Shown piece by piece: positions 24,501 to 37,069 of a DNA stretch of 64,000 bases. The position numbers were made by a program, and so were the translations under genes. Origin of the DNA: Takakia lepidozioides (taxonomy: Eukaryota; Plantae; Bryophyta); contig CM060733.1 in NCBI GenBank assembly GCA_030704615.1, positions 11,594,001 to 11,658,000 of the forward strand. The letters are read 5' to 3'. The notes below the pieces were generated by a model. It saw only the letters and a list, made by a program, of their open reading frames with translations. It was not told where the DNA came from and ran no database searches. Position 1 is the first letter of the stretch; every line of letters starts with the position of its first letter.

Positions 24501-27500
24501 TACAGTTCAAAGGATGGGTTTACAGGAAGAATTGGAAAACCAGATAAAGGAGTTATTGGGGGAGAAGACAGCTGCAGATGATGAAAAGCTTGTGAAGAAG
24601 AAAAAAGAGAAGAAAATGAAAGTTGAGGTGCTTCCTCCTTCCCTCTCTATGTTTATAGTTTACTCTTTAGATAGAAAGAAGTTGAGATGCTTGGTTGTCA
24701 TACCTATAGGTTCACTGCTAATTTTCCTTATGTGATGCTTAAGTAAGTTTTAAGAGCTCTTTGTGAGTTTTTGTCCCAGAATGAGGGCAACAGCTGTCAG
24801 TGTCATCTCAGCTTCTTGAATGAAGCATTTTGATGCTTTTCTAAAGAGGGCATCTCATCCAGAACAATCACAATGAAAAGTTATTCAGTGTCCTCACAAT
24901 AATACCCACAAGTGGAGATGGGTGTCATGGATATTGGCTCCATCATTCCAACCGTGTTATCCTACTGCACAGGTATCAGCAACCTAATTCTTAGTTTGAA
25001 TCCCAGCTTGGTTTCCTGCCTCGTGAGCTATCGCTTGATATTACTTGCTCAGTGAAAGTCTGCAAAAGCTTGCGTAATTTTGTGTGGCTTGCTTGTTCAC
25101 TTCCGTGTTAGGATGTCTTCTTGGCCTCGCTGTCCCAAACGTGAGGTAGCACATGCCTGGTTTGGATGGAGGACAACAAAGGAGGGGACATGATGGCAAT
25201 CCTAGAGCTTAAACGCCATCACTACCAGTGAGAAAGAGAGGGTATACATGTGGCCAAGATCATGATATTATTAATTATTCCACAGTGCAATATAGGCTAT
25301 GATTCTGTCAGACAAGCAAATAGCACAATGAGTTTGGCTGGTTAAGTTGGATACTATCTTGTGGTAATTGCAGGAAGTGAATTCTGGGGTAGGCTTTGAC
25401 CAGGCACCTTCATCTGCACCTGTTCCAGACGAGAGCAATCCTTATGCCATATTTCCCAAGCCACAGGACAACCTTTTGGTAAGGTATTTGTCCTGAAAAA
25501 TGAATGTTATGATCATATTCATATAGCTATTGGAGAGTTTTGGTTCGTGAAGTGAAACAAAAGTGATTTTCTCTCATCTCAATGTTCTATGATCTATTTT
25601 ACCTCTGTTCAACTTCTGTGGAAGGCTCTCACTGCTCTAGTGTTATTTGAGTAGGTACACACTGAAATTTTCTTCAGTGATGGCACCATTTGGAGACCAC
25701 ACAACTCACGTGAAAAGCTAGACAAGCATCTGAAGGAAACTGGCGGCAGGGTCCTCACCAGGTTCCCTCCAGAGCCCAATGGCTACTTGCATATCGGCCA
25801 TGCCAAGGTAACCCACCCTCCAGATGACTGAGGCTCACGTTTTACCTTGTTCCTGTACCTTATGGCCACTATGAGTTACTTTCCTTTCCTAAAGCTGCTT
25901 GCTTTTCTACAGGCTTGCCTCCTTCCTTTGTATGTGCCTCTGCCAGTAGACTTTGGGCTATTTTATAACTTGTTCATGCCCTTGGGAATTGGGCTTGAAT
26001 GGGGGGGATATCTTGCAGGCCATGTTTGTTGATTTTGGTCTCGCCAAAGAAAATGATGGAGACTGCTACTTAAGGTGACAACATGAAGTTCTTGGCATCA
26101 AAATGCAGTTGTATGATACATGCTATTCATTTTCTAGCTGATGGTGAAACGCTTGGTGCAGATTTGACGACACCAACCCTGAGGCAGAGAAGCAGGAGTA
26201 CATTGACCATATCCAGGAAATTGTCAACTGGCTGGGATGGAAGCCTTTCAAGGTTACACTTTACCTTCGTCCTGGTGCTTGCAATAACTTGGCGCATTTG
26301 TCTTCCACTGCGGAGAATGTAGCTAATTTTGTCTTTCTTCCATCTGATGTAAAATTACAACTGAGTCGTTTGGGTATGTTATAGCGCTTCCTCCACTGAC
26401 TGACTGAGGTTGAGGATCTATGTGGCAGGATTTTGGATGGACTGTAATGCAAGGTTTTAGATCAGAGTGTTAGTCCTTTTTAGGGTGTGACTGGTTGTGG
26501 CGTAGAGGGTGTTCTGAGGTTTCTTGCTCCCTCATCAATATTCTGGTGTCTTTGAGTGCACGTGGCCCTGGAGCTCATGGGGTTGCTTATGTAATTGGGT
26601 GCCAACCTCCGACTTCAGGGTCTATTTTTGGGTGTCTAGTGATCGTGTTCCCCTTTGTGATGGGCAGGTGACCTACAGTAGTGACTACTTTCAGAAGCTC
26701 TATGATCTGGCTGTTGAGTTGATCAAGCGAGGGTGTGCCTATGTGGATCATCAGGTAAGCTTTTATTTAGTCTTCCTGGAACTCTGTTTGGCATTCTCTC
26801 CTTGTTTGCTCTGTCAACAGAGATTTAGGGTTCTAAGTTTGCTACCTGACCCTACGGGCCACATTGGCTTTATGGTTTCAGACAGGTGATGAGATTAAAT
26901 CATATCGAGAACAGAAGTTGGATAGTCCTTGGAGAGACCGCCCGATAGAAGAATCACTGCAGCTTTTTAGCGACATGCGGCGTGGTCTGATAGATGAAGG
27001 CAAGGCCACATTGCGAATGAAGCAGGACATGAAAAATGACAATTTTAACATGTACGATCTCATTGCATACAGAATCAAGGTACCAGGTTCTCCGCTCTCT
27101 CTGAATTATGGTACATTGCAGTTCACTATGTGTTAAAGAGGAATGAATTATTATGGCAGCCATGCCGAAAGGTAAGAGAGAAGTGGAATTTTGATCAAAG
27201 CCAATCAGGAACCACTGGTTAGCAAGGCCGTTTCAGGCTCATCATGTATAGTAGCTAGCTTGAGGTTGACACTTTTTTCATATTATACATGTTTAAGGTA
27301 CGGTCTCTTCAATGAGTTAGTATACCGAAGTTGTTACTTCCATATATTATCGTATTTGCAGGTAGATACGAGAGCTGTTATTTGATTCTTCAACATTGGT
27401 ATTTAGGCTTGCATCCAGCAATTCCACATGTATGAAATGATCCTCGATGAACATAACCCACCAAGAGCAAGTGACAGAAGATGTGTTTGCGCTTTTTCCG

Positions 27501-30500
27501 TCCATGTCCAGTTTGTCCCACACCCACACGCAGGTGACAAATGGTGCATATACCCCAGCTATGACTATACGCACTGTATCGTGGATTGTCTTGAGAACGT
27601 CACCCACTCTGTGAGTCCCTTTCTCTTGTCTCTTGTCTCTTGTCTCCTAAACCCTAATACTACAGTATCCTTGGCAGAACTTCTAGGTCTAACAGTAAGG
27701 GGTCTTCTGCTGAATGGAGGGACACAGTTGGAAAAACTGTTCCTATGATTCAAAACAGCCCTGATGAACTGGAGTATATTTCAATGGCTTATAATGCTCC
27801 CATTAGTTCTTCTGAGATTGTGGAAGCAATTGAACATTTAAATGGATATAAAGCTGGTGGACCTGATGGTATTGTCAACGAGCTTATCAAGCACGGTGGC
27901 GATCCCATGATAGAGGCCCTAGTTCTCCTCTTTAACCTTATCTGGAAGACTGAAATGATCCCCTTTCGCTGGCGACAGGGGGTCATTGTCAATCTATACA
28001 AGAAGGGTGACAGAGAAGAACCGGGGAACTACCGTGGCATCACGCTCCTCAATGCTGTTGGCAAGACATTCTGCAGAGTTATAAGTACTCGTCAAGAGGT
28101 TGATCTGGAGTCTAGAGGTTGGCTTTCGGCGAAACAGGGGCTGTGTGGATCATATCTTCACTCTAAGCCAGATTATCCAGGGAAGGAAAAAAGAAGGGAA
28201 ACCCACTTATGTTTTTTTCCTGGATGTCAAAAAGGCTTATGACACAGTGTGGAGAGATGGCCTATGGTTCCGCCTCTGGTCTTGTGGGATCAAGGGAAAG
28301 ATGTGGAGAGTTGTCCACAACTTGTATGCTCACACCAAAAGCTGTGTCACTGTTGACGGACAGAAGTCCAACTTCTGTGACATAGACCAAGGTGTAGCTC
28401 AAGGATGTACTCTCTCCCCTCTGCTCTTCAATGTTTTCATCAATCAACTCCTCGAGGATGTGTAAAGTGAGGGATTTGGGTTAAGGGTGGGTGATACCAC
28501 CATACCAGCCCTTATGTTTGCGGATGACTTCGCAGGCATAGGGGAGACTCCAACCAATCTCCAGGAGTTGATTGATTGCGCGAAGAGATACTTTGATCTT
28601 TGGGGGCTAGAGGCTAATGTCAGCAAATGTGCAGTGGTAGCATTCAACGACAGAGGAGAGGGAGGAAGTGATCTTAAGTGGCAGTGGGGTAGCCAAGAGA
28701 TCCCGGTCCTCCCTTCCTACACTTACCTGGGCGTAGAGTTTTCCTCCAATTGTAATTGGGATGCACATATCCGGAAAGTTGTTCAAACTGGCAAGGGCAA
28801 AGCTCTGGGGCTCACTAAATTTTTCCACTGCAGAGGGGTCAACTCTGAGGTTAAGAAAACCATGCTTTGTCGCGTTATTAGACCTGCCTTGGAGTACGGA
28901 TCTGCTATATGGGTTGATAACTCCAACCAGGCTAAGTCTCTAGAATCCATTCAAGTGGGGGTGCTTAAGGAGTGTATGTCAGCATGCTCCAAAACAGCCA
29001 ATGTGGCTGTTCGGGGTGAGTTTGGCATTCCGTCCTTAAGCTCCCGACGAGATGAATTCAAGGTCAGATGGTGGGGTCAGCTGCAACATATGCCCAACAC
29101 CAGATATCCTGAGTTAATCGACTCTATATCTTGGAAACAGGACCGCCCTGTCAAACAGGCTAAGTCCTGGCAGAAGAGAGTAGAAGAGATTCTCAAGGAC
29201 CTGGACCTGGATCCGCAAGTCTTGACCCTGCTGGATAAATCTGACTTAGAGGCTGTAGTGTCCTCAGCCATGTCTGTTGCCATGAGATTGTCTGATGAAA
29301 ATGAAGTTAGGCAGAAAACTTCCCTGAACTTGTTTCCAGTCAGTGACATGGGGGAGGACATCTTGGATGACCTCAAGGGTCTACCCACTCTCGGCACTAG
29401 ACTGAAATTTAAACTCAGGGCAGGAAGCCTACCTTTGAACAGCAAACAGAAGCAGAGAGGAAAGGGAGAGTGCAATTGCCCGCTGTGTGGGCAATCTGAA
29501 GACAGTATTCACTTTCTGATACACTGTCCGGGGTTCTCTCACCAAAGAGATGCTCTCTTCAATTCTATCAAGGGAATTGTGCCTGTACCCCTGTTTAACA
29601 ACTTTGAAAGTCTCGAGGCTGAGCCAAAAGCCCAGGCCCTCCTGAGGCCTAGTTTTTGGGCAAATCACACACAGCAGATTGATGCTTGTGTGAAGGGATT
29701 TCTAGAGGATATCTGGAAATATAGAGGATATATAGAGGATTTCTATATATGATGGTAACTCACACTACCAACGTCAGCCCCTGACAGAGGTAGGTTCTGT
29801 CCCTTTTGTTCCCGCTCAAACTGGGCGCGGGGTCAATGGCCACAAGGCTACGGCAAACAACGTCTTATGAGTACAATCTCTTATCCATGGGTACATGCTT
29901 AAGAACTTATGCATGCCAATCAAATCTGTCTCCTCTGAAACTCAACCCACAACTCCATCACTATGAGGGTCCTGCTATGCCAGGTGACTCAATGACATCT
30001 GGGATTACAGTACGTCTTTGGATGTTGAGGTTCAATCTCATGACTTATTTCTCAACTTCCATTCTCAGTCATGCACACCGTGTACTGTGCTTCTACCTTC
30101 CATATGTTGGAAGAATTATGTTGCTCTTTTGATACGGAAGCTGCCATACGCAGTGCCCTGGACATTGTTTTCTTTGTAGTTCATGTGGAAGTTGACAAGA
30201 GGAGCAATGTGAGGTATGGCTGGGAAGGTGGCATTATCTTCGACTTCTTTGCCGCTTCATTGCACCCTGTGCTAGCAATCACTGAAAGAAATGGCACTTC
30301 CGTCGTCTTTTGTGCAGCTTTGTACTCTTGAGTTTGAGTCACGGCGAGCATCGTATTACTGGTTACTGGAAGCACTGGATTTGTACCTTCCATATGTGTG
30401 GGAATATTCCCGTCTGGGTATGGCAAACACAGTTATGTCGAAACGAAAGGTGAGGTTCTTCTGTATGTTTGTATTAGATCTACCAAATCAATAGTGAAGA

Positions 30501-33500
30501 TTATTCTGTTCTGGCCCTGGCTTCTTCCTAGCAACTGCCTCCTATGAGGCCCAATCCTCGACCATTTGCACGGTAGTTAGAAGAATTGAAAGAGTCTTGT
30601 ATCTGGCTCTTTCGATAATGGGCTCTCTGTAGAAATCATTAACCCTGTTTGATGTCCTTAGTAAAGTCTGAAATTCTATTCTGGAATCAGCTGAATCGAC
30701 TTGTCACGGAGAAATATGTTGATGGGTGGGACGATCCTCGCCTTCCTACACTTGCTGGTCTTCGAAGAAGAGGTTTCACTCCTGAAGCCATCAATGCCTT
30801 TTGTCGAGGTATTGGTATCACACGCAGGTACGTAGTTTCTGAGAAAATGCTGATGCATTTGAGCAATAAATTTGCTGCATTATAAAGGATTGGTGTTCAT
30901 GTCTGATGGCTGTATAGTCAAGCTCCATTGACATGTGTGCTGTTGGGGCCGATTGTAGCAAGGAATCAGCAGTCAGAACTAGGTAGCATGTGTCTGCAAG
31001 GATTTGAGTGGGTTAAAATGTTGAATGTTGTAATAGCTTGAACAATGTTTTAGAGAGTGGCAGCCATGCTGAAAGTCACTGCTGCCATTCAGGAAAATGG
31101 AGTGGGCCATCCATAAAGTGACAGGCAGTCATTTGATTGGTCTGGTGATATGCTCGCATTCAGATGCATCCAAAATCTCTTTAGGTTTTTCTCTCACATT
31201 CAATGCAATTCTGTCCCAGTAGTTATGGCCACCAGTAAATTAAGAACTCCAACTAGGTTGAAAGTGCTTACATTGCATTGGCCGTTTATTTGGATCTTCT
31301 ACAAATGCTTTCGAGCAACAGTGATAACTTAATCCGAATGGAGCTGCTAGAACACTACGTGAGGGATGATTTGAATAAAAGTGCAGCCCGAACTATGGTC
31401 GTCCTCAAACCTCTAAAGGTGTGTCATTGTTTGTAGATCCATGTTATTTGCCTATGTTTGTTTGTCCTATGCCTAAGAAGTCCTTTATTTGGTGTCTTCT
31501 TGTTCAACTGCTCCATCTTGGCCTGGCATTGAGGTAATAGATTTCTTTCTTCTCTCTTTCCTCTCTCTTTCTCTCTTGCCATGCACGCAAGAGAGCCCAG
31601 GCCCTCCTGGGGCCTAGTTATTGGGCAAACCACACACAGCAGATTGATGCTTGTGTGAAGGGATTTCTAGAGGATATCTGGAAACCCGGATCAATGTTTT
31701 ATACCAAGGTAAGTCTTACTACCAACGTCAGCCCCTGACAGAGGTAGGTTCTGTCCCTGTGTTCCGCTCAAACTGGGCGCGGGGTCAATGGCCACAAGGC
31801 TACGGCAAACAACGTCTTATGAGTACATTCTCTTGCCATGCACACAGCCTAGAGTGACGGGGGGAAGCCTCCTATGCCCTGCACATCTCCAAGCATGTCA
31901 TTTCTGTGCTAAAGGCAGCACAGTAAAACTAAAAGCAATAACTCTGCAACCAGGCTGTCGAGTTTGCATGTGGACGAGTGCCTCTGTGAGCACCTTAATA
32001 GCAGTTGGGGGAAAGTAAGTTTTTACCTGCAGCTGAGCTGCGGGGATAAGCGCCAACCCCACAAAAGGCTCCGGGATGGTTAGTTTCCTGGGGGGTCCAT
32101 GGCCATAAACGCTATGGCAAAGCCAACGTTCGCAGAGAATGGCATGAGTACATTCTCTTGCTCTGCATGGATGTTATAAAGTTCCTTTCTTTCTTCCCTC
32201 CTGAGGGCATTGGGGCGGTTCAGGGTGGGTTCCCACAACCTACGGATAGAGACTGGCAGATGGGAAAACCTGCAATGGGAGGACCACCTATGTCCAGCTT
32301 GCACAGGGTGCAGCCGGGAAATTGAAACTGAAGAACATTTCTTCTTCTATTGCCCTCTATAGTATGAGATCCGTGGGAGATTCCACTGTTTATTCCACGG
32401 AACCCAATCTCTCACTGAATACTTCCACTATGAGGATCAGAAATGCTTGGCAGCTTACCTGCACAAGGCCTTCACCCTTAGACAATCACTCGAGCAATAG
32501 TTCTTATTCTTGGCTCTGGTTTTGTTTCCTCTCTCATGTTTTCTTCCATTTTGTCCCATATGCTCTATGAGCTTTCCGCGGACCTTATAAAGCACCATTT
32601 CGTTTCATTTCATTTCTGCTCTGTTGAAACAATGTGAGATGTTTCTCCCCCTCTCCTCTCCTTGGTAGGCACGTGCAGTGAATGAATGGGGGAGACTTGC
32701 AGGTGGTAATCATGAACCTTAAAGAGGGCATGGTGGATGAGCTGGAGGCGAAAATCTGGCCGGATGCCAGGGACGGAGATCCTGCAGGCACTTACAAGGT
32801 AGGTGGTCTATTTTAGGCTACACCTTAATTGTCAAATTTTTGTGTCATGCATTTGTACTGTGGATGTCACAATTCTAGTGGGCTTAGCTTTGACCTTGCT
32901 GATTGGGTTGGATATGCAACATTAGCTTTATCTGGATTTGTCTGTGGTCTTAATTTCTCTTTCTATTTCATGACCAGTTAATGGAAGATGCTCAGTAAAG
33001 TGCAGGATTTCTCTCAAGAGAAATCATTGTACCATAGACTGCAAGGTTCTTTGCTAAATACTTGTTATGTAGACATTTTAATACTCCAAAGAAAGGTAGC
33101 TTGATGGCAAATTGTTTGTGAACCAGTGCATGGTAATGGGCTGTGTAAGAGCCAAATTTTGGCAACAAAAAATGCCCTATGCTTGTTATGACCTTAACAA
33201 GGGAACATTGATGTGGAGACTAAATGCATCTCGGGGAAGTGATCTGTAGGATATTTTGTTTTGTTGAACCTTGATGTTATTTGGAAAAGTTTGTGAAAGT
33301 GATTTCTTCCTGCAGGTACCGTTTTCAAGGGTGTTGTATATAGAATCGTCAGATTTTCGGTTGAAAGACTCGAAGGACTACTATGGTCTTGCACCAGGAA
33401 AAAGTGTTTTACTCAGGTTCGTTTTCCATTTTCACTCTACTAATGTTTAGGTATATATTTACCTTGTATGCTCACGATTCCCAATTAAAGCAAAAGGTCC

Positions 33501-35312
33501 CATCTTGACTACATCTGCATTGTCAATTATTAGATACTCTGCCTAATTGCTGTGCACCACTGCTCATGTTACTTCTCTCAGAGAGTTGCTGAATTGTAAG
33601 CATTCTGGGGAAACTCTGTGCCTTTGTGGGGTGGTTGGTGGACATTTATTTGCAGATATGCATATCCTGTGAAGTGTACAAATGCTATATTGGCAGAGGA
33701 CAATAAGACTGTTGTTGAGCTCCATGTAGAGTATGACCGCGCCAAGAGCAGCAAGCCGAAGGTATCCTCCACAGCCCAAGATTCAATGTTGGGCCATGGC
33801 AGAAGGCCCTTTATATGCTCATTCATTAGTTAGTATGTCTACTGACATCCTTATTTGTGGCCTCTTGTAGGGTGTGATACACTGGGTGGCTGAGCCATCG
33901 CCTGACGTGGAGCCACTGAAGGTGGAGGTTCGGTCGTTTGAGAAGCTCTTCAAATCAGAGGTCACCTCTCTTTCACTCCTTCTGGTGGTGATTGATGATT
34001 TCAAATCTTTTGTGTATCTTGTCATTTCTATGCTCCTTTTTTGTGTTCTGTATATTTTATGGAAGCTGTGACCAGGTTTGTCCATTGCTACATGACTGTC
34101 ATAACTATGTTTTGGTTGAGAATTTCCTATTTTTATCTATTGCCTAAGCCTTGGATTGATTAGTAACTGGATCGGTTGCTCTGAGTTTCCACTCTATGAT
34201 TTTTAATGGGAACAACAAATCACAGTTCATTGTCCATGCTATTGACTCATCTGACTGGGTAAAATTCTGGCAGAATCCAAGCGAAATGGATGGTGATGAT
34301 TGGCTTGGGGATCTCAATCCAAAATCGAGAGAAGTGATTGCAGACGCATATGCAGTCCCCACACTGAGGCTTGCAAAAGAAGGCAATAAGTTCCAGTTCG
34401 AGCGCTTAGGTGAGTCTAACTTCACAGCCTCTTTAGTGGGGTTGTGAGGGAAGGACCTGATTCAATGTGTCCATTTTGGCATATGGGACACATTGCTGCA
34501 AAGATATAGGAATCATTTCAACAACCTTTCCAAGTTAATAGGGACTCCTGTATTGGGTGCTTTTCATAGAAATCTTCGCTCTTAGGTAAAGCTTATATTG
34601 AACAAGGAAGGAAGACTCTTGCCGAAGCAAGCATAACTTCACCCCGGAGGGCTACTGCCTTCCGTTTGGAAGGTGGGCACCTTGAAACAGCCGTAACGAG
34701 GGCAAAGCGGTTGCCCCACCCTGCTGCAAGGACTGGAAAGTCCCCAGGTGCTCCCACACATTAAGTAACCGGTTGACCCAGTTCTCCCCCTTTTATAGGT
34801 GGGTGCTCATATTGAATTGATGAAGAAGGGCAGTCTTTTTACGTAGGGCTGAGGGCACAGCTCTCTTGTGCCCCGTCTCCGAGCATTTGGCACTCACAGT
34901 TTGTCTTTCCCACTCTTTCAAAATACTGGCTTGTTTCCTCCCTGAATTGTATGGGCTAGCTATTTGGAAGCAAGATGATTGTTTCTAGCATGATGTCAAG
35001 CCAGCCCTCAAGTCAACTATGTGTCATGATCTGGTAGTTTGGGTCTACACATGGTTGGGCAGAAAGCCACAACCCGGCTCTGAGAGGCCTAGTACCTGGG
35101 ATTGTGTCCTATGGTTCTTGTCAATTTTTTAATTACAGAGGCTTCAGTAGTTTGTAAAACACTACTAGGTTTCTTATGTTATTTGTCAATGGTTTGAATT
35201 TTCTGGTGTGTTGGCAGGTTATTTCTGTGTTGATAAGGATTCTACTGCAGAGAAGCTGGTTTTCAACAGAACAGTCACATTACGGGACTCCTACAAAGTT
35301 GGATCTAAGTGA
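21599..35312 (+). CDS. QARS: Glutaminyl-tRNA synthetase (eukaryotic type with N-terminal appended domain), multi-exon
   Basis: Exon 1 21599-21742 ([27 protein letters not shown]). Later exons give [26 protein letters not shown] (HIGH 25790-25801), [32 protein letters not shown] (30435), [26 protein letters not shown]. Last exon 35218-35312 ([11 protein letters not shown]..stop). No disablement seen in the exons I traced. Confidence 0.96.
22778..22812 (+). repeat. (GA)n(GT)n compound microsatellite
   Basis: gagagagagagagagagtgtgtgtgtgtgtgtgtg in GlnRS intron 1; degenerate counterpart at ~14687-14727. Confidence 0.85.
27640..29876 (+). mobile_element. 5'-truncated non-LTR retrotransposon (RTE-X-like LINE) in GlnRS intron 27611-30317, sense orientation
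   Basis: RT motifs [60 protein letters not shown]; C-terminal [14 protein letters not shown] zinc knuckle. Frameshift at ~28130 and in-frame stop at 28463. No poly(A); ends ATGAGTACA. Confidence 0.9.
31587..31828 (+). mobile_element. Short 5'-truncated copy of the same LINE, with 15-bp TSD
   Basis: Matches ~29629-29876. Flanked by tctcttgccatgcac at 31572-31586 and 31829-31843. Confidence 0.85.
31844..32153 (+). mobile_element. 3' end of a related LINE subfamily
   Basis: Ends ggggtccatggccataaacgctatggca...atgagtacattctcttgc, the same terminal hairpin and terminus as the two copies above, but with a different upstream body. Confidence 0.6.
32195..32615 (+). mobile_element. 3' end of a second RTE-X-like LINE family with (CATTT)n tail
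   Basis: Translates [16 protein letters not shown]...CPAC....[13 protein letters not shown] (RTE-X-type C-terminal zinc region), followed by a 3' UTR ending accatttcgtttcatttcattt. Confidence 0.75.
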
Positions 35313-36544
35313 AGACAGCAGAAATGATTATCATCTAATTTCATTCTCAAAAGCACCAGTGTGGATAGCATCTTTGCCACATCCACACAAAAAGAGAGAT
35401 AAGGCCCTGTTAGGTGTGAGCATAAAAAATTGAAGTTCGAAGTCGATACGAGGGTCAATACATAGCATTTTCCTAGAAAAACAGTTGTCACTTGAACCAC
35501 TTGCCATTGGTGCGGGTCATGACTTCACCTGTAATCATGTCTGCCTATTCTATGTCCGCTACTGAATCTAAAATTATGTGGATGACCTCATCCACTGCTG
35601 AGAAAGTCTAACACTGGGTTTCAATGTAGTTGTTCGCACTTGGTCTGTGACATGCATTACTACTTTATCAAAGAAGAGAAATAAATTGAGCAATCTGGAG
35701 CGATCATTTATCTTTTTCTAACTGGACTCCTGATTGCTGCCTAAGTGATCAGAAGTTATCTTGTAACTCGGCTGTATGATCTTTAAAACAATCCTTAGAA
35801 CAGACATATGTACGTTCAACGGTTCTCATGTCGCACTATTCCTCAAACGGGCTGCTCCCAACCCTCCCAAAAAGGTCTACTTGTCATGAGCTTAAAGCTA
35901 AACCCACAGACCTGGGGTAAAGCTTTGACGCAGCTGCGATATGTGTAGAGGATAGCCACCAAACCCTTCCCTTCCAAGAGTTCCAAGAGGAGCATGTCCT
36001 GATCCAAGAATAGGCCAAAAAGATAACATCATCTCGTCAAACTTCAAACGGAAGACCATCAGTCGAATTTGATGCTGTGAGCTCATTATTGGTGAGAACA
36101 TGGGTTCATACAACCCATAGCTACACCATCAACCATGGAACAGAATAAATTTCTTTCAGGTCATCAATAGATAGGTTTCAAGGAAAAAATTGCCTGTAAG
36201 ATGCCATGCATTGGATCATATCAAGATTAACTCAATAAATGGAACACTGTTGTCCTCAGCTTGTCCAGCCAGGAATATCATACCAGCTCAGTGATTGCAC
36301 TTGTATCCTCCACTTGCACATCTTCATAATCTGGGACCCCACCACACATGATTCCAATTCCATGACTACCCAGTAGCAGTGAGGAATGGATAAATCCACC
36401 CTGTACATGACGGGAAACTCTTGCATATCCACCTCTAGAACAGAACAAAGATAAAGATAAAGATAAAGATTCTTTAACGTCCAGTGAATTTACAGAGCCT
36501 ACTGCTCAAAACACAGGCCATCGAGGGCCCAATGGACGGTCTGA

Positions 36545-36630
36545 AGGCACATGTTGAAGGATTGAACCCAGGATCACCTAGGTTATGCACAGGCAAGGCA
36601 CAAACACCCAAACACTGGGCTACCTCCTCA
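36545..36630 (-). mobile_element. Degenerate tRNA-derived SINE head
   Basis: Minus strand has A-box-like tagcccagtg and B-box ggttcaatcc; no intact cloverleaf. Confidence 0.4.
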
Positions 36631-37069
36631 GAAAGGCATCCACTGATCTTGCCCACTTCAATGAAGTTAAACACAAAATGTCTTTCATATATTTGCGAAT
36701 CAACAATACATGTACAATAGCCAGTTATTTACTATGCCCAACGTAGAACTTACGGTGACGTCGAGCGAGTACATCTCGCATCTGGAGCCAAGGTTTAGCA
36801 CCGATATGGCCATGTATGTATAAGTTCACACTCCACACTACTCTGATTCTAAAGGTTTCGCTTCAGCTTTCATGCTCTCCGACAGGATCCATACAAGCTC
36901 AGAGGTCTGACTCTGAATGTGGCAGATTTGTTTGGATAGCTGTCTGCAGCTAATGCACCTAGCCGTAATGAATGGTACCAATTCTGGTGTGGTGTCGAGA
37001 ATTGCAACACACGGTTCACGAACCCTACCGTCTTGATGGTGGGTATTCAAAAAAGTGTGTTTGGGCATT

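Noticed and set aside
29770-29860. Hammerhead ribozyme in LINE 3' UTR
   Set aside because: ctgacagag does not fit the CUGANGA core and no correctly placed GAAA was found; it is only a simple hairpin.
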